A program made the position numbers and the translations under genes. Shown here piece after piece: positions 10,550 to 21,054 of a stretch of DNA of 64,000 bases (position 1 is the stretch's first letter; every line of letters begins with the position of its first letter). Source of the DNA: a bacterium (GTDB lineage: Bacteria > UBA8248); contig OZ253442.1 of the NCBI GenBank assembly GCA_965261085.1, forward strand, positions 2,368,001 through 2,432,000. The letters run 5' to 3'. The notes under the pieces were generated by a model. It ran no database searches and was not told where the DNA came from. It saw nothing but the letters and a program-made list of their open reading frames with translations.

Positions 10550-10719
10550 CCGGGTTTCCCGTGGGCGGGTTTGGACGGGGAGAGGCGCGGTCTTCTCGTC
10601 GCCGGGCGGAGACGACGCGCACAAACTACACGTTGCGCCGAGGGGAGGTCAACGGAAAACCCGAGGATTCGGGGAGAAAAGAATGAACGCTGCGTGAAAA
10701 GGCGCGCTCTTGCCGGGCG

Positions 10720-11280
10720 TTATCCGGCGCTCAGCGCAGCTTTCGTCGTCGAGGCGGCCTCGGCCAGGGCCTCCTTTTCCGCCTCGCGCATGGCCTCGCC
10801 CAGAATTTCGCGATACGCCTCGATGACTTTTTGGGCGGAAATGCCTCCTTCCAGCGCATTCCAGGCGGCCAGGGCAGCACCCAGATGCGCCGCCTCTGGC
10901 GCTGCGGCGTGTTTTGAGGCGATGGCGTCGATATCCACCGAGGCGATGCGGATCTCGTGGTTTTCTTTGGCGTTTTGCGTGTTCAAGACGAGAATGCCGC
11001 CTGGTTTGAGGGCGTTGCCCATCGGGGGTACGACGGTGAGGAGGGGGTCGCAGACGATTTCGAGATCATACGCCGCCGGGATGGCGAGGTCGGTGAACTG
11101 TTCTCGTGAAATTTTCACCACCGCCCTGTCGGGCGAGCCCGCCGGAGAGGGAAAGCCGGGCGTGCGCACCTGGGCGGAAAACCCCTCACTGGCGGCCGCC
11201 TCGCCGAAGATGCGCGCCGCGCTCAGGAAAAGGCCCTCTCCGCCGATTTCGCGTCTTCCGTGAAAACAAACTACGTGCAT
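10720..11280 (-). CDS. 2-oxoacid:acceptor oxidoreductase gamma-subunit-like protein (divergent)
   Basis: HGR..GG start, VKIS, DPLL, LKPGGILVLNT, HLGA patterns. Confidence 0.6.
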   Translation of the reverse strand: MHVVCFHGRREIGGEGLFLSAARIFGEAAASEGFSAQVRTPGFPSPAGSPDRAVVKISREQFTDLAIPAAYDLEIVCDPLLTVVPPMGNALKPGGILVLNTQNAKENHEIRIASVDIDAIASKHAAAPEAAHLGAALAAWNALEGGISAQKVIEAYREILGEAMREAEKEALAEAASTTKAALSAG

Positions 11281-11471
11281 GACGTATTCCCGTTTGAGAG
11301 AAGAAAAAAGCGCAACCCCTCGACATCCTTATCAAAGTCGGTGCTTCTTTTCCATCATTCAAGTTGACATCGAATACGCGCCCTCGCAATATGGCCCAAG
11401 GATTTCCCGGAAACCTGCGCCGCCCGAAAGCCTCGTCGCACGGGGGGTGGGCAAATAATGGAGAGTACGCT

Positions 11472-12863
11472 TTGAGCAAGAAGTTCAAGATATTCACATA
11501 CGGCTGCCAGATGAACCGCTACGATACGGAGACGATCACCGGGTATCTGGAGGCCGAAGGGTATGAGGAGACCGAATCGAACGAGACGGCCGACCTCATC
11601 CTGCTGAATACCTGCTCGATTCGCGACAAGGCGGAGCAGAAGGTTTATAGCCAGATTGGGCGTCTCGACAAGCTCAAGAAAGCAAACCCCGCCCTCAAAG
11701 TCGGCGTGTGCGGCTGTTTCGCAACGCGCGACGGAGAGGCGATCGCGAAGCGCGGCAAAGCAGTCGACCTCGTCTTCGGCACCCAGAACATCGCCAAGCT
11801 CCCGATGCTGCTGGAAGAGATGGAGGAGGGCCGGGTGATCGATACCGAGCCTATCGCGCCCGATTTCACCGAACTCGCCCCGATGGTGCGCGGCGGCGGC
11901 CTGAACGCCTTCGTGAGCATCGCGCGCGGGTGCGATAATTTCTGCACTTTCTGCGTCGTACCCTACACGCGCGGACCCGAGTGGAGCAAGCCGAGCGAAC
12001 TCATCGTGGACGAGGTCGAACGCGCGGTGGAGGAGGGTTTTCGCGAGGTGACGCTCCTCGGCCAGAATGTGAACTCCTATGGCCGTAAATCCCCGAACGA
12101 TCTTAGCTTCGGCGGGCTGCTCAGGCGCTTGAACGACGTGGACGGGCTCGAACGCATCCGCTTCATGACGTCCCATCCCAAGGATTGCGATGAGGAGATG
12201 GTCGACGCGATGGGGGAATCCCCAAAGGTGTGCGAGCATCTCCATCTCCCGGTTCAATCGGGAGCGGACGCGGTGCTCGCGCGAATGGAGCGCGGCTACA
12301 CGGCGGAGGAATATTTGGAAAAGGTCTCCCTGTTCAGGGAGCGCGTGAAGGACGGGGTGTTGACTTCTGACGTCATCATCGGCTTCCCCGGGGAGCGGGA
12401 TGAGGATTTCGAGGGCACGCTCCGCGTTTTGCGCGAGGCTCGCTACGACAATATCTACATGTTCAAATACTCCCCCCGGCCCGGAACGCCCGCATTCGAC
12501 ATGGAGGCCCTTCCCGAAGAGGTGCTCACCGAGCGCTTCGAGGAGGCGAGCCGGGTGCAGCGCGAGATGACGGAGAGTCTGCACGCGGAACTCGTCGGGA
12601 GTGTGCAGGAGGTGATGGTCGAGCGGGCGGTGAAGCCCAAGAGCGCGCCCGCCGGATGCGCGGGCTGCCCGGAGGTGGGGGATGAGTCGGCTCCGAACTG
12701 GTTTGCGGGTCGCAGCCGAGGCAATCACAGGGTACAATTATACGCGGAGGGTCTTACGCCTGCGCCTGGGGAGTTGGTCGAGGTGAAAATTATGAGGAGT
12801 GGCATTCACTCTTTGGCCGGAGTCTCGCCGCCAAGCGCCGTGGCGATGGAGGAAGACGAATGA
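11472..12863 (+). CDS. miaB: tRNA-2-methylthio-N6-dimethylallyladenosine synthase MiaB
   Basis: TYGCQMN, NTCSIR, radical SAM CDNFCTFC, HLPVQSG, YSPRPGT, TRAM domain; TTG start with GGAGAG SD. Confidence 0.93.
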   Translation: MSKKFKIFTYGCQMNRYDTETITGYLEAEGYEETESNETADLILLNTCSIRDKAEQKVYSQIGRLDKLKKANPALKVGVCGCFATRDGEAIAKRGKAVDLVFGTQNIAKLPMLLEEMEEGRVIDTEPIAPDFTELAPMVRGGGLNAFVSIARGCDNFCTFCVVPYTRGPEWSKPSELIVDEVERAVEEGFREVTLLGQNVNSYGRKSPNDLSFGGLLRRLNDVDGLERIRFMTSHPKDCDEEMVDAMGESPKVCEHLHLPVQSGADAVLARMERGYTAEEYLEKVSLFRERVKDGVLTSDVIIGFPGERDEDFEGTLRVLREARYDNIYMFKYSPRPGTPAFDMEALPEEVLTERFEEASRVQREMTESLHAELVGSVQEVMVERAVKPKSAPAGCAGCPEVGDESAPNWFAGRSRGNHRVQLYAEGLTPAPGELVEVKIMRSGIHSLAGVSPPSAVAMEEDE

Positions 12864-13423
12864 TGATCGAGATGAAAGTCAAGGGCCTCACGCTCGATCC
12901 GCACACCAATGTGCCGATTGTGGTTCTGCGCGAGACCGAGGGAGATCGCGCGCTGCCCATCTGGGTGGGTATTTTCGAGGCCCATGCCATCGCGCGCGAG
13001 ATCGAGAGTTTCGAGACGCCGCGTCCGATGACCCACGATTTGATCAAGAACCTGATCAACAACATCAAAGGCCGGGTGGACAAAATAATCATCAACGATT
13101 TGCGGGACAATACCTTTTTCGCCGAAATACATCTTTCCATGAACGGCTCGGAATTCGTCGTCGACTCGAGGCCCTCCGACGCCATCGCCGTGGCCCTCCG
13201 CATGGGCAGCCCGATTTTCGTCGAGGAGAAGGTGCTCGAGGAGGCGAAGAGCATCCAGTTCAACGAAGAGGAAGTGAAAGAGGGCGTCTCCGGTATGGAG
13301 GCGCGCAGAGGGGAAGACAAGCCCCCCGAGGCGGAAAAGCCGATCGAGGACGAGCCCGAGGACATCAAGGAATGGCTCAAGGACTTGAAGCCCGATGATT
13401 TTCTAAAAGAGGACAACAACTAA
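12860..13423 (+). CDS. Bifunctional nuclease family protein (DUF151)
   Basis: LPIWVG.FEA, RPMTHDL, DSRPSDAIA. Confidence 0.92.
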   Translation: MMIEMKVKGLTLDPHTNVPIVVLRETEGDRALPIWVGIFEAHAIAREIESFETPRPMTHDLIKNLINNIKGRVDKIIINDLRDNTFFAEIHLSMNGSEFVVDSRPSDAIAVALRMGSPIFVEEKVLEEAKSIQFNEEEVKEGVSGMEARRGEDKPPEAEKPIEDEPEDIKEWLKDLKPDDFLKEDNN

Positions 13424-13458
13424 GGCGACGCTCGCCCGGGCGTCACCCCCACCGGAGT

Positions 13459-14115
13459 TTGACCGCTTTGCTTCTCTATCTTTTGCGACACGGCGAGACG
13501 GACTGGAACGTCGAGCAGCGCATACAGGGTGTTTCCGACACCGAGCTCAACGACGTGGGCGTCGCCCAGGCCGAAGCGCTCGGCTGCACGCTGCGTGGGC
13601 GTCCGATCGCCTGCGTCTACGCGAGTCCACTGAGGCGCGCGAGGCGTACCGCCGAGATCGTCGCGCAAGCCGTGGGCGCGCCCTTGTACGAGGAGGCGGG
13701 CATCGCCGAGTTGAACCAGGGCGAACTCGAGGGAGAGCCCTTTCGCCGGCTTCCCGAGACGCATCCCGATTTCATACATGTGTGGCGAAACTATCCCGCC
13801 CGTGCGCGCATGCCGGGTGGTGAGACTCTCGCGGAATTACAGGAGAGGGCTTGGACCGCGATGGAGCGGTTTCTTGCGGCGCACGAAAACGAGACTATCG
13901 CCGCGGTGAGCCACAATCTGGCGATCATCATGATCCTGTGCAGGATTCTGGGCGTGGAGCTCAACGGCTTCAGACGGATACGTCAGCACAATGCCGCCAT
14001 GAACATCATCGAGCATTCGCCCGAGCGGGGCTGGAGCGTCGTGACGATGAATTCGCTGGCGCACCTTCAGGACGCGCCCGTCTCGGAGCGAAATTCGTAT
14101 CTGCCCTATATTTGA
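13459..14115 (+). CDS. Histidine phosphatase (phosphoglycerate mutase/CobC family)
   Basis: LRHGET, SPLRRA, PGGET, VSH. Confidence 0.9.
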   Translation: MTALLLYLLRHGETDWNVEQRIQGVSDTELNDVGVAQAEALGCTLRGRPIACVYASPLRRARRTAEIVAQAVGAPLYEEAGIAELNQGELEGEPFRRLPETHPDFIHVWRNYPARARMPGGETLAELQERAWTAMERFLAAHENETIAAVSHNLAIIMILCRILGVELNGFRRIRQHNAAMNIIEHSPERGWSVVTMNSLAHLQDAPVSERNSYLPYI

Positions 14116-14156
14116 GGTGGCGGCCGCGAGGCCGCGCTGCGGGGTGAGCGCGCGGC

Positions 14157-14387
14157 TCAGTCGTAGTCCTTGCCTTCGGAGTCGGAGACGTTCCGGTAGT
14201 AGTCCTGAATGTCGTCGACGAGGCGGTCGACCTCGGTTTTTGGTTTTTTCCGCTTGGACGCCATGTAGCGGTGCAGCAGGTAAAAAGCGATGAAACCCAG
14301 GAAAAAGCCCAGCGCCGCTCCGTCGAGGAATGTCTGGTATCCGCCCATCAGAACGCTCCAGCCTGTGATGTTTGTGTATGGACACAC
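14157..14387 (-). CDS. Small single-pass membrane hypothetical protein
   Basis: One hydrophobic helix followed by a charged tail; start uncertain (could be the M of MGGYQ). Confidence 0.45.
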   Translation of the reverse strand: MCPYTNITGWSVLMGGYQTFLDGAALGFFLGFIAFYLLHRYMASKRKKPKTEVDRLVDDIQDYYRNVSDSEGKDYD

Positions 14388-14612
14388 ATTATCTTTGGAG
14401 CCGTTCGCCTGTCAACCGAATGGGTAGTTGGGCCGTTTCGCCAAGAAGCGTTAAAGTGCTGAAATGAATGACAGGAGAGCTTCATCCGCGCATCGCCGGA
14501 GGATACCCGGCGTGAAGCCCCATGAGAGAGCATTCAAATGAGCGCGCACGAGTCCCAGACGCGCATTGTCGGGCGAGGACGCCGGGTTCGAACTCCATGA
14601 GAGAGTATTAAA

Positions 14613-16748
14613 ATGAGCCCAAGAGAGCACAGAACGTACACGCTGAAACGGCCCACGCCATCGCCCGCGCGGCGCAAGGCGTATGAAGAAAAGCTCAACC
14701 CCCAGCAACTGGAAGTCGTGATGGCGGGAGGGGGGCCGCTTCTCGTCATCGCGGGCGCGGGCAGCGGCAAGACGCACACCATCACCTACCGCCTCGCGCG
14801 CCTCGTGGAAGACGGCGTCGCGCCCGAATCCATCCTCCTCGTCACTTTTACGAACAAGGCGGCGCGCGAGATGCTCCACCGCACCGCCTCCCTCATCCAG
14901 ACGGACGCGCGGCGCGTGTGGGGCGGCACGTTCCACCACGTGGGGAATTTAATCCTGAGGCGTTATGGGGAACTCATCGGGTACGGGCCGAATTTCACTA
15001 TCCTGGACCGCGAGGATGCGGCCGATCTGGTGACCGAGTGCATCCGCCTCGCGGGGTTCGACCCGAAGGAGAAGTATTTCCCGAGGGGCCGCGTTCTGGA
15101 GTCGGTTTTCGCTCTCGCCGCCGATACCGACCGGAGCGTTTCGGAGACGGTTCTGGGTCGGTATTCATACCTGGCGGACCGCCTGGGCGAGATAGAACAG
15201 ATTGCCGCCCACTATGAGAAGCGCAAAAAAGAGATACAGGCGGTGGATTTCTCAGGTCTGCTCTCCCTCACGCGGAATCTGCTCGCCGAGCAGGAGGAGG
15301 TGCGTAAAGAACTCCAGGCGCGTTTTCGCTACATCCTCGTGGATGAATACCAGGACACCAACAAGGTGCAGGCCGACCTCGTGGACTTCCTGGCCGGAGA
15401 GCAAAAGAACGTCACCGTGGTGGGAGATGACGCGCAGAGCATCTACAGCTTCAGGGGCGCGCATTTTGAGAACATCATCACTTTTCCTGAGCGATACCCC
15501 GGCGCCAGGCTCTTCCGCCTCGAAGAAAACTACAGGAGCACGGCCTCCATCCTGGCGCTTGCCAACGCCTCCATCGCCCACAACAAGCGCCAGTTCAAGA
15601 AAAACCTCAAGACCTCCCGCGGCGAGGGGATGAAGCCCGCCCTCGTGGCCGCGCGCGACGCCATGCAGCAGGCCGACTTCGTGGTCGACCGCACGCTGGC
15701 GCTGCGCGATGAGGATGACGTGCCGCTCTCCCAGATCGCGGTGCTCTACCGGGCGCACTACCACTCCATGGAGCTTCAGATGGAGCTCACGCGCCGGGGG
15801 ATTCCCTTCGAGATCAGAAGCGGACTTCGCTTTTTCGAGCAGCGCCACATCAAGGACGTCACGGCGTTCCTGCGGCTGGTGAGCTCCCCTGCGGACGAGT
15901 TGGCCTGGAAGCGCGCGCTCAAGCTCCTGCCCGGCGTGGGGGATGTGACGGCGCACAGGGTCTGGGAGCAGGTAAGTGCGCAGGCGGAGCCCTTCTTATT
16001 CCTAGCGCGCGGCGGGGTGGGTTCCCTCCCCAGGAACGCGCGCGAGGGTTTTGATGTTTTCAGGAAGCTGGTCGTCGATCTGACGGGCGCGCCGCGCGCC
16101 GCTATGGGCGAGCAGCAATTCGCTCTCCCGCCGACGGAGATGATAAACCTCGTTCTGGATCGGTTCTATCAGGATTACGTCGAGAACACTTTCGAAGACG
16201 CCCCGACGCGCATAGAGGACGTGCGCCAACTCGCGGAATTCGCCATGCAATACGAGGCGGCGACGGCGTTTCTATCCGAACTGGCGCTCATGGGAACGGC
16301 CGCCGCCGCTGGACCCGCGACCCCGGGCGAGCGCGAGGAGCCGGATGAGTCGATGATCCTGACCTCGGTTCATCAGGCGAAGGGTCTCGAGTGGAAGGTG
16401 GTGTTCCTCCTCTGGCTCACCGATACCCGCTTTCCCTCGACGCGGTCGCTGGCCGATCCCGAGGGGGAAGAGGAAGAAAGGCGGCTTTTCTACGTCGCTC
16501 TCACGCGGGCGAAAGACGAACTCTACATGTGCCAGCCCATGCTCGAGAGCGAAGCGTGGAAGATGGGGGCGTTCTCCAGGCTTTCGAGATACGTGGAGGA
16601 ATTGCCCGAGGAACTCTATGAGCGTTGGCTGCTCGAAGAAGAGGCGATAGAGAGCCCGCAGGATGAAGACGCCCCGGAGCCCGCCTCGCGTCTCGCCGAT
16701 CCGGATGAGCCAGACGGCCTGCGCTATGAATACGACGAGGGTGCTTGA
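14613..16748 (+). CDS. UvrD/PcrA/Rep family ATP-dependent DNA helicase
   Basis: AGAGSGKT, TFTNKAA, VDEYQD, VGDDAQSIY, NYRS, HQAKGLEW, EERRLFYVALTRA. Confidence 0.95.
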   Translation: MSPREHRTYTLKRPTPSPARRKAYEEKLNPQQLEVVMAGGGPLLVIAGAGSGKTHTITYRLARLVEDGVAPESILLVTFTNKAAREMLHRTASLIQTDARRVWGGTFHHVGNLILRRYGELIGYGPNFTILDREDAADLVTECIRLAGFDPKEKYFPRGRVLESVFALAADTDRSVSETVLGRYSYLADRLGEIEQIAAHYEKRKKEIQAVDFSGLLSLTRNLLAEQEEVRKELQARFRYILVDEYQDTNKVQADLVDFLAGEQKNVTVVGDDAQSIYSFRGAHFENIITFPERYPGARLFRLEENYRSTASILALANASIAHNKRQFKKNLKTSRGEGMKPALVAARDAMQQADFVVDRTLALRDEDDVPLSQIAVLYRAHYHSMELQMELTRRGIPFEIRSGLRFFEQRHIKDVTAFLRLVSSPADELAWKRALKLLPGVGDVTAHRVWEQVSAQAEPFLFLARGGVGSLPRNAREGFDVFRKLVVDLTGAPRAAMGEQQFALPPTEMINLVLDRFYQDYVENTFEDAPTRIEDVRQLAEFAMQYEAATAFLSELALMGTAAAAGPATPGEREEPDESMILTSVHQAKGLEWKVVFLLWLTDTRFPSTRSLADPEGEEEERRLFYVALTRAKDELYMCQPMLESEAWKMGAFSRLSRYVEELPEELYERWLLEEEAIESPQDEDAPEPASRLADPDEPDGLRYEYDEGA

Positions 16749-16885
16749 GCGCTTGTTCGCCGCCGCCGCTTCGCGCTATGATTTTTCGCCGACTCCCAGG
16801 GGGATGCAGCAGTTTTCGAGCGGCCTTTCTCGTTAGGCTTCATACCGGGCCGTTGTTCGTCATTATAAGCTAAGGAATAAAATTC

Positions 16886-17737
16886 GTGTCATTCGCCGTC
16901 ATCAATGGAGGAATGAAATTCGTGTCCGAGGGAAAAGAATACGCGCCGGGCAGTTTCTGCTGGGCCGATCTGGTGGCGAAGGAGGTGGGCGTCGCCAAGG
17001 ATTTCTACACGTCCCTGTTTGGCTGGACCTTTGAGGATCGGCTCGTGATGGACGAGGCGGTCTACACCATGTTTTCCAAGGACGGAAAACAGGTCTGCGC
17101 CATGTTCGAGATGTTTCCGGGAATGCTCGAGAGCGGCCATCCCTCCTTCTGGCAGAGCTACGTGACTGTCGAGAGTGCGGATGAGGCCGTGAAGAAAGCG
17201 GTGGAACTCGGGGGCCACGCCGCCCAGGAGCCGTGCGACGTGCTCGACGTGGGCCGCATGGCGATGATTCGCGATCCGGGGGAGGCTTTCTTGCGCCTCT
17301 GGCAGCCGAAGGCGCACAAGGGGGCCGAGGTGATGAACGAGCCGGGTACCCTCAACTGGAACGAACTGCTCACCAAGGACGTCGAACGCGCCGGTTCTTT
17401 TTACGCCGAACTGTTCGGCTGGACGAGCACAGTGACGCCCAATCCCGCCGGCGGGGACTACATGGTTTTCATGAGCGGCGAGGAGCCGCGCGCGGGCATG
17501 CTCGAACTCCAGCCCGACATGGGCGAGATGCCCCCGCACTGGGGGGTGTATTTTCAGGTGGAGAGCCTGGACGCCGCGCTCGATAAGGCAAAAAGCCTGG
17601 GCGGCCAGGGCACGTTCCCCCCGATGGAGATTCCCGACGTGGGGAGAATCGGCGGAATCATGGACCCGCAGGGGGCGTGCTTCACGGCGATGGAATCGGC
17701 GATGGCGTCGGCGGACTCGTGCAAGTATATTTCATGA
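16886..17737 (+). CDS. VOC/glyoxalase family protein (two domains)
   Basis: PGSFCWADL, FY..LFGW twice, GR...DP.G twice; true start may be 16913 or 16922. Confidence 0.9.
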   Translation: MSFAVINGGMKFVSEGKEYAPGSFCWADLVAKEVGVAKDFYTSLFGWTFEDRLVMDEAVYTMFSKDGKQVCAMFEMFPGMLESGHPSFWQSYVTVESADEAVKKAVELGGHAAQEPCDVLDVGRMAMIRDPGEAFLRLWQPKAHKGAEVMNEPGTLNWNELLTKDVERAGSFYAELFGWTSTVTPNPAGGDYMVFMSGEEPRAGMLELQPDMGEMPPHWGVYFQVESLDAALDKAKSLGGQGTFPPMEIPDVGRIGGIMDPQGACFTAMESAMASADSCKYIS

Positions 17738-17810
17738 CCCCAAAACGTCCGCTATCGACTGCGCGCAAGGGGGCGCTTATCGGCTTACATTAACAGGAGT
17801 ATGAAAACGC

Positions 17811-18455
17811 ATGAAATACAAAACCATCGACCCCGCCGACAACCACTGGCGGCAGAACTACCGCCTGCTCGTCGGCTCCGTCGTGCCGAGGCCCATCGCC
17901 TGGGTGAGCACCATCAGCGCGGACGGCTACGCGAATCTCGCACCATTCAGCTTCTTCACCTGTGTGGGTCACGACCCGCCCCTCCTCTCGATTTCGGTGG
18001 GCGTGCGCGAGGAGGCCTACAAGGATACGGCGCGCAACATTATGGAGACGCAAGGCTACGTCATCCACACGGTGGTGGACGGCCTGGAAGAGCAGATGAA
18101 CATCTGCGCGGACGACTATCCCTTCGAGGTGAGCGAATTCGAGGAAGCGGGCCTCACGCCGCTCGATTCCGATCTGGTGAAGGCGCCTCGCATCGCCGAA
18201 GCGCCCGTGGCCATGGAGTGCCGGTTCCGCCACCTCATCACGAACGGGCGCGAACACCTGACGAACGTCATCATCGGCGAGGTGGTGCGCTGGCACGTGC
18301 GCGAAGACGTGATGATCGAGGAGGGGAAATACATCGACCCCGTTCTGCTCCGGCCGGTGGGCAGGCTTGCCGGGAACGGATACTGCCGCTCGCACGACGT
18401 GTTCGACATGCAGCGGCCAGACAGAAAAGCGACGCAGTTGAGCCCGAAGGGCTGA
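17811..18455 (+). CDS. Flavin reductase family protein
   Basis: VVPRPIAWVST, NLAPFSFF, KDTARNI, APRIAEAPVAMEC, VGRLAG. Confidence 0.92.
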   Translation: MKYKTIDPADNHWRQNYRLLVGSVVPRPIAWVSTISADGYANLAPFSFFTCVGHDPPLLSISVGVREEAYKDTARNIMETQGYVIHTVVDGLEEQMNICADDYPFEVSEFEEAGLTPLDSDLVKAPRIAEAPVAMECRFRHLITNGREHLTNVIIGEVVRWHVREDVMIEEGKYIDPVLLRPVGRLAGNGYCRSHDVFDMQRPDRKATQLSPKG

Positions 18456-18506
18456 GCCGGAATCCATGCACTATCAATATCCTCTTAAACGAAGGAGGGG
18501 AGTGAG

Positions 18507-19577
18507 ATGAGCGATATTCCAGGAACCATGAAAGCCGCCGTCACGCATGACGCGCACGAGGTGCGCATCGAGCAGATTCCCGTGCCCGATTACGAACCCG
18601 ACCAAGTGCTGGTGAAGGTCGCCGCCTGCGGCATCTGCGGCACCGACATCCACATCTACGAGGGGCACATGCGCCCCATGTGGCCGCCCTATTATCCCTT
18701 CATCCAGGGACACGAGTGGGCGGGGAAGGTGGCCGCTATCGGAAGCAGCGCGAAAACGACTCTTCAGGTGGGCGACCGCGTCATCATGGAGCCGACGGTC
18801 GGCTGCGGCAAATGCGCCACCTGCATCCGGGGCGACTACCACATCTGCGAGGACGCCGTGAAGCCGGACGGAGGCTACAAGCTCCTCGGCCATACGGCGA
18901 ACGGCGCTTTCAGCGAATACGGCGTAGCACCTCCGAACAACCTCCACGAGATGCCCGAATCCATGAAGTGGGAGGACGCGGTGATCGTGAACCAGGTCGT
19001 CATCGCGCTCCACGCCATCGAGCGCGGGGGTATCGAGCCGGCCGACACCGTGGCGATTTTAGGCCCCGGTCTGCTGGGTCTCTCCGTGCTCCAGCTCGTC
19101 AAGATGATGGGCGCGGCCAAGACCTTCATCACCGGGCGCGGCTATCGGCTGGGAATCGCGGAGGAACTCGGTGTGGACCGCACCATCGACATCACGAAAG
19201 AAGACCCCGTGGAGGTCGTCAAGCAGGAGACGGACGGCCGCGGGGTGGACCTCGTCATCGAGTGCGCCGGCCCGCCCGAGACGATGCGCCAGGCGGTGGA
19301 CATGGCCCGGCGCGGCGGGCGCGTGGTGTTAGAAGGCATCAACGGCGGCCAGGAGGTGTCCTTCAACACGGATCGCATCGTGCTCGACGAGATAGCCATA
19401 TTCGGCGGGCGCGGCTCGCCCAACTGCTACCCGAGGGCCATCCGGATCATCTCCGACGGCCACATCGCCACCGAGAAGATGCTCACGCACACGTTCGCGC
19501 TCGATGAGTTCAACGAGGCGATGCGCATGTTCAAGGCGAGAGAAGACGGCGTGATGCGCGTGATGCTCACGCCCTGA
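18507..19577 (+). CDS. Zinc-binding alcohol/polyol dehydrogenase (MDR family)
   Basis: GICGTD, GHEW, CGKCATC...C, GPGLLG. Confidence 0.93.
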   Translation: MSDIPGTMKAAVTHDAHEVRIEQIPVPDYEPDQVLVKVAACGICGTDIHIYEGHMRPMWPPYYPFIQGHEWAGKVAAIGSSAKTTLQVGDRVIMEPTVGCGKCATCIRGDYHICEDAVKPDGGYKLLGHTANGAFSEYGVAPPNNLHEMPESMKWEDAVIVNQVVIALHAIERGGIEPADTVAILGPGLLGLSVLQLVKMMGAAKTFITGRGYRLGIAEELGVDRTIDITKEDPVEVVKQETDGRGVDLVIECAGPPETMRQAVDMARRGGRVVLEGINGGQEVSFNTDRIVLDEIAIFGGRGSPNCYPRAIRIISDGHIATEKMLTHTFALDEFNEAMRMFKAREDGVMRVMLTP

Positions 19578-19664
19578 TATTTTTTTAGGGATACGCCACC
19601 GCGCAGCGGCGCTCGAGACGCACGGAGCCGGGGCCGGCTTCGGCGACATGAGGAGGAAGTCCCG

Positions 19665-20714
19665 ATGCCCGAAAAACTCCTGCCCACCACCGTCGTGGGC
19701 AGCTACACCCAGCCGGACTGGCTCATCGACCGCGAGAATCTCACCACGCGCCTCCCCCCCCGCGTGCGTGCGCAGGAGATATGGCGCATTCCTCCTAAGT
19801 TTCTGGAGGCCGCGCAGGACGACGCCACCCTCCTCGCGATACGCGACATGGAGCGCGCGGGAATCGACATCATCTCGGACGGCGAGGTGCGCCGCGAGAG
19901 CTATTCGAACCGCGTCGCCACGGCCCTGGGCGGCATCGACACCGAACGCCACGGCTATACGAAAGACCGCTCGGGCCGGGACAACCCCGTGCCCCGCGTG
20001 ATGGGGAAGATCCATCGTCCAAAACCCATCGAGGTGAGCGACGTCGAGTTTCTGCGCGCCAACACGGAGCGGCGGATCAAGATCACCCTTCCGGGTCCTT
20101 TCACCATGACGCAGCAGGCGCAGGATGATTACTACGGCGGCGATCAGCGGGCGATGGCGCTCGACTACGCCCGCGCGGTGAACGAGGAGGTGAAGGACAT
20201 GTTCGCCGCAGGCGCCGACGTGGTGCAGATAGACGAGCCTTACATGCAGGCGCGCGCGGAGATAGCCAAGGAATTCGCCCTGGAAGTGCTCGGCGAGGCG
20301 TTAAAGGGCGTGGAGGGCACTACGGCTCTTCATATGTGCTTCGGCTACGCGGCCATCCACGCCTGGCAGGGACTCGGCAAGCCCGACGCCTATTCCTTCC
20401 TTCCCGAGCTCAACGAGAGCGACATCGACCAGATATCCATCGAGGCGGCCCAGCCGGGCATCGACTTGGCCGTGCTGGAAAAGCTGCCGGACAAGACCAT
20501 CATCCTGGGCGTCATCGACAACGGCGATCCGAACGTCGAATCACCCGAAACGGTGGCGGCGCGCATCCGGGCGGCGCTCGAACACGTATCACCCGAGCGG
20601 CTCATCCTGGCTCCTGATTGCGGGATGAAATACATGGACCGCGACGTCGCCTTCGGCAAGCTCAAGTCCATGGCCGAGGGCGCCGCCATCGTGCGCGCGG
20701 AGATCGGGGGGTAG
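19665..20714 (+). CDS. Cobalamin-independent methionine synthase II-like (MetE catalytic domain only)
   Basis: TTVVGS, DGEVRR, QIDEP, HMC, APDCG. Confidence 0.9.
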   Translation: MPEKLLPTTVVGSYTQPDWLIDRENLTTRLPPRVRAQEIWRIPPKFLEAAQDDATLLAIRDMERAGIDIISDGEVRRESYSNRVATALGGIDTERHGYTKDRSGRDNPVPRVMGKIHRPKPIEVSDVEFLRANTERRIKITLPGPFTMTQQAQDDYYGGDQRAMALDYARAVNEEVKDMFAAGADVVQIDEPYMQARAEIAKEFALEVLGEALKGVEGTTALHMCFGYAAIHAWQGLGKPDAYSFLPELNESDIDQISIEAAQPGIDLAVLEKLPDKTIILGVIDNGDPNVESPETVAARIRAALEHVSPERLILAPDCGMKYMDRDVAFGKLKSMAEGAAIVRAEIGG

Positions 20715-20729
20715 GGGAGTCGTCTGAAA

Positions 20730-21041
20730 TCAATCCGCTTTTTTGCCGCCGAATGCAGTTTTTCGCAAGGCGGTGTTGATGCGGGACTGCCACCCCTTGC
20801 CGCTTTCTTTGAAGTGCGCCACCACGTCCGCGTCAAGCCGAATGGTGGTCTGCACCTTGGTGGGCTTTTTCTGCGCCCCGCGGAATCGGTGGGGGGCGTT
20901 GTTCGCCAGTTCTCCCCGGGCGTGGGCTTCGACGATCTCTGGCGCCACTTCCGATGCCGGACGCATCTTCTCCAGCATCTTCTCGCTTAAGGGTCGATCC
21001 TCCACTTCAAGCGGCGGCTTGCTATTTCGGTTGCCGGCCAT
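20730..21041 (-). CDS. brnA: BrnA family antitoxin
   Basis: RG.QKKPTKVQTTIRLDADVV..FK..GKGWQSRIN.ALR. Confidence 0.88.
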   Translation of the reverse strand: MAGNRNSKPPLEVEDRPLSEKMLEKMRPASEVAPEIVEAHARGELANNAPHRFRGAQKKPTKVQTTIRLDADVVAHFKESGKGWQSRINTALRKTAFGGKKAD

Positions 21042-21054
21042 TTTCTATCCTTCC

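Noticed and set aside
14465-14618. Degenerate 75-bp tandem duplication (CCATGAGAGAG.ATT.AAATGAGC at 14520 and 14595) before the helicase
   Set aside because: Only two copies and no functional signature; probably a local duplication of the start region
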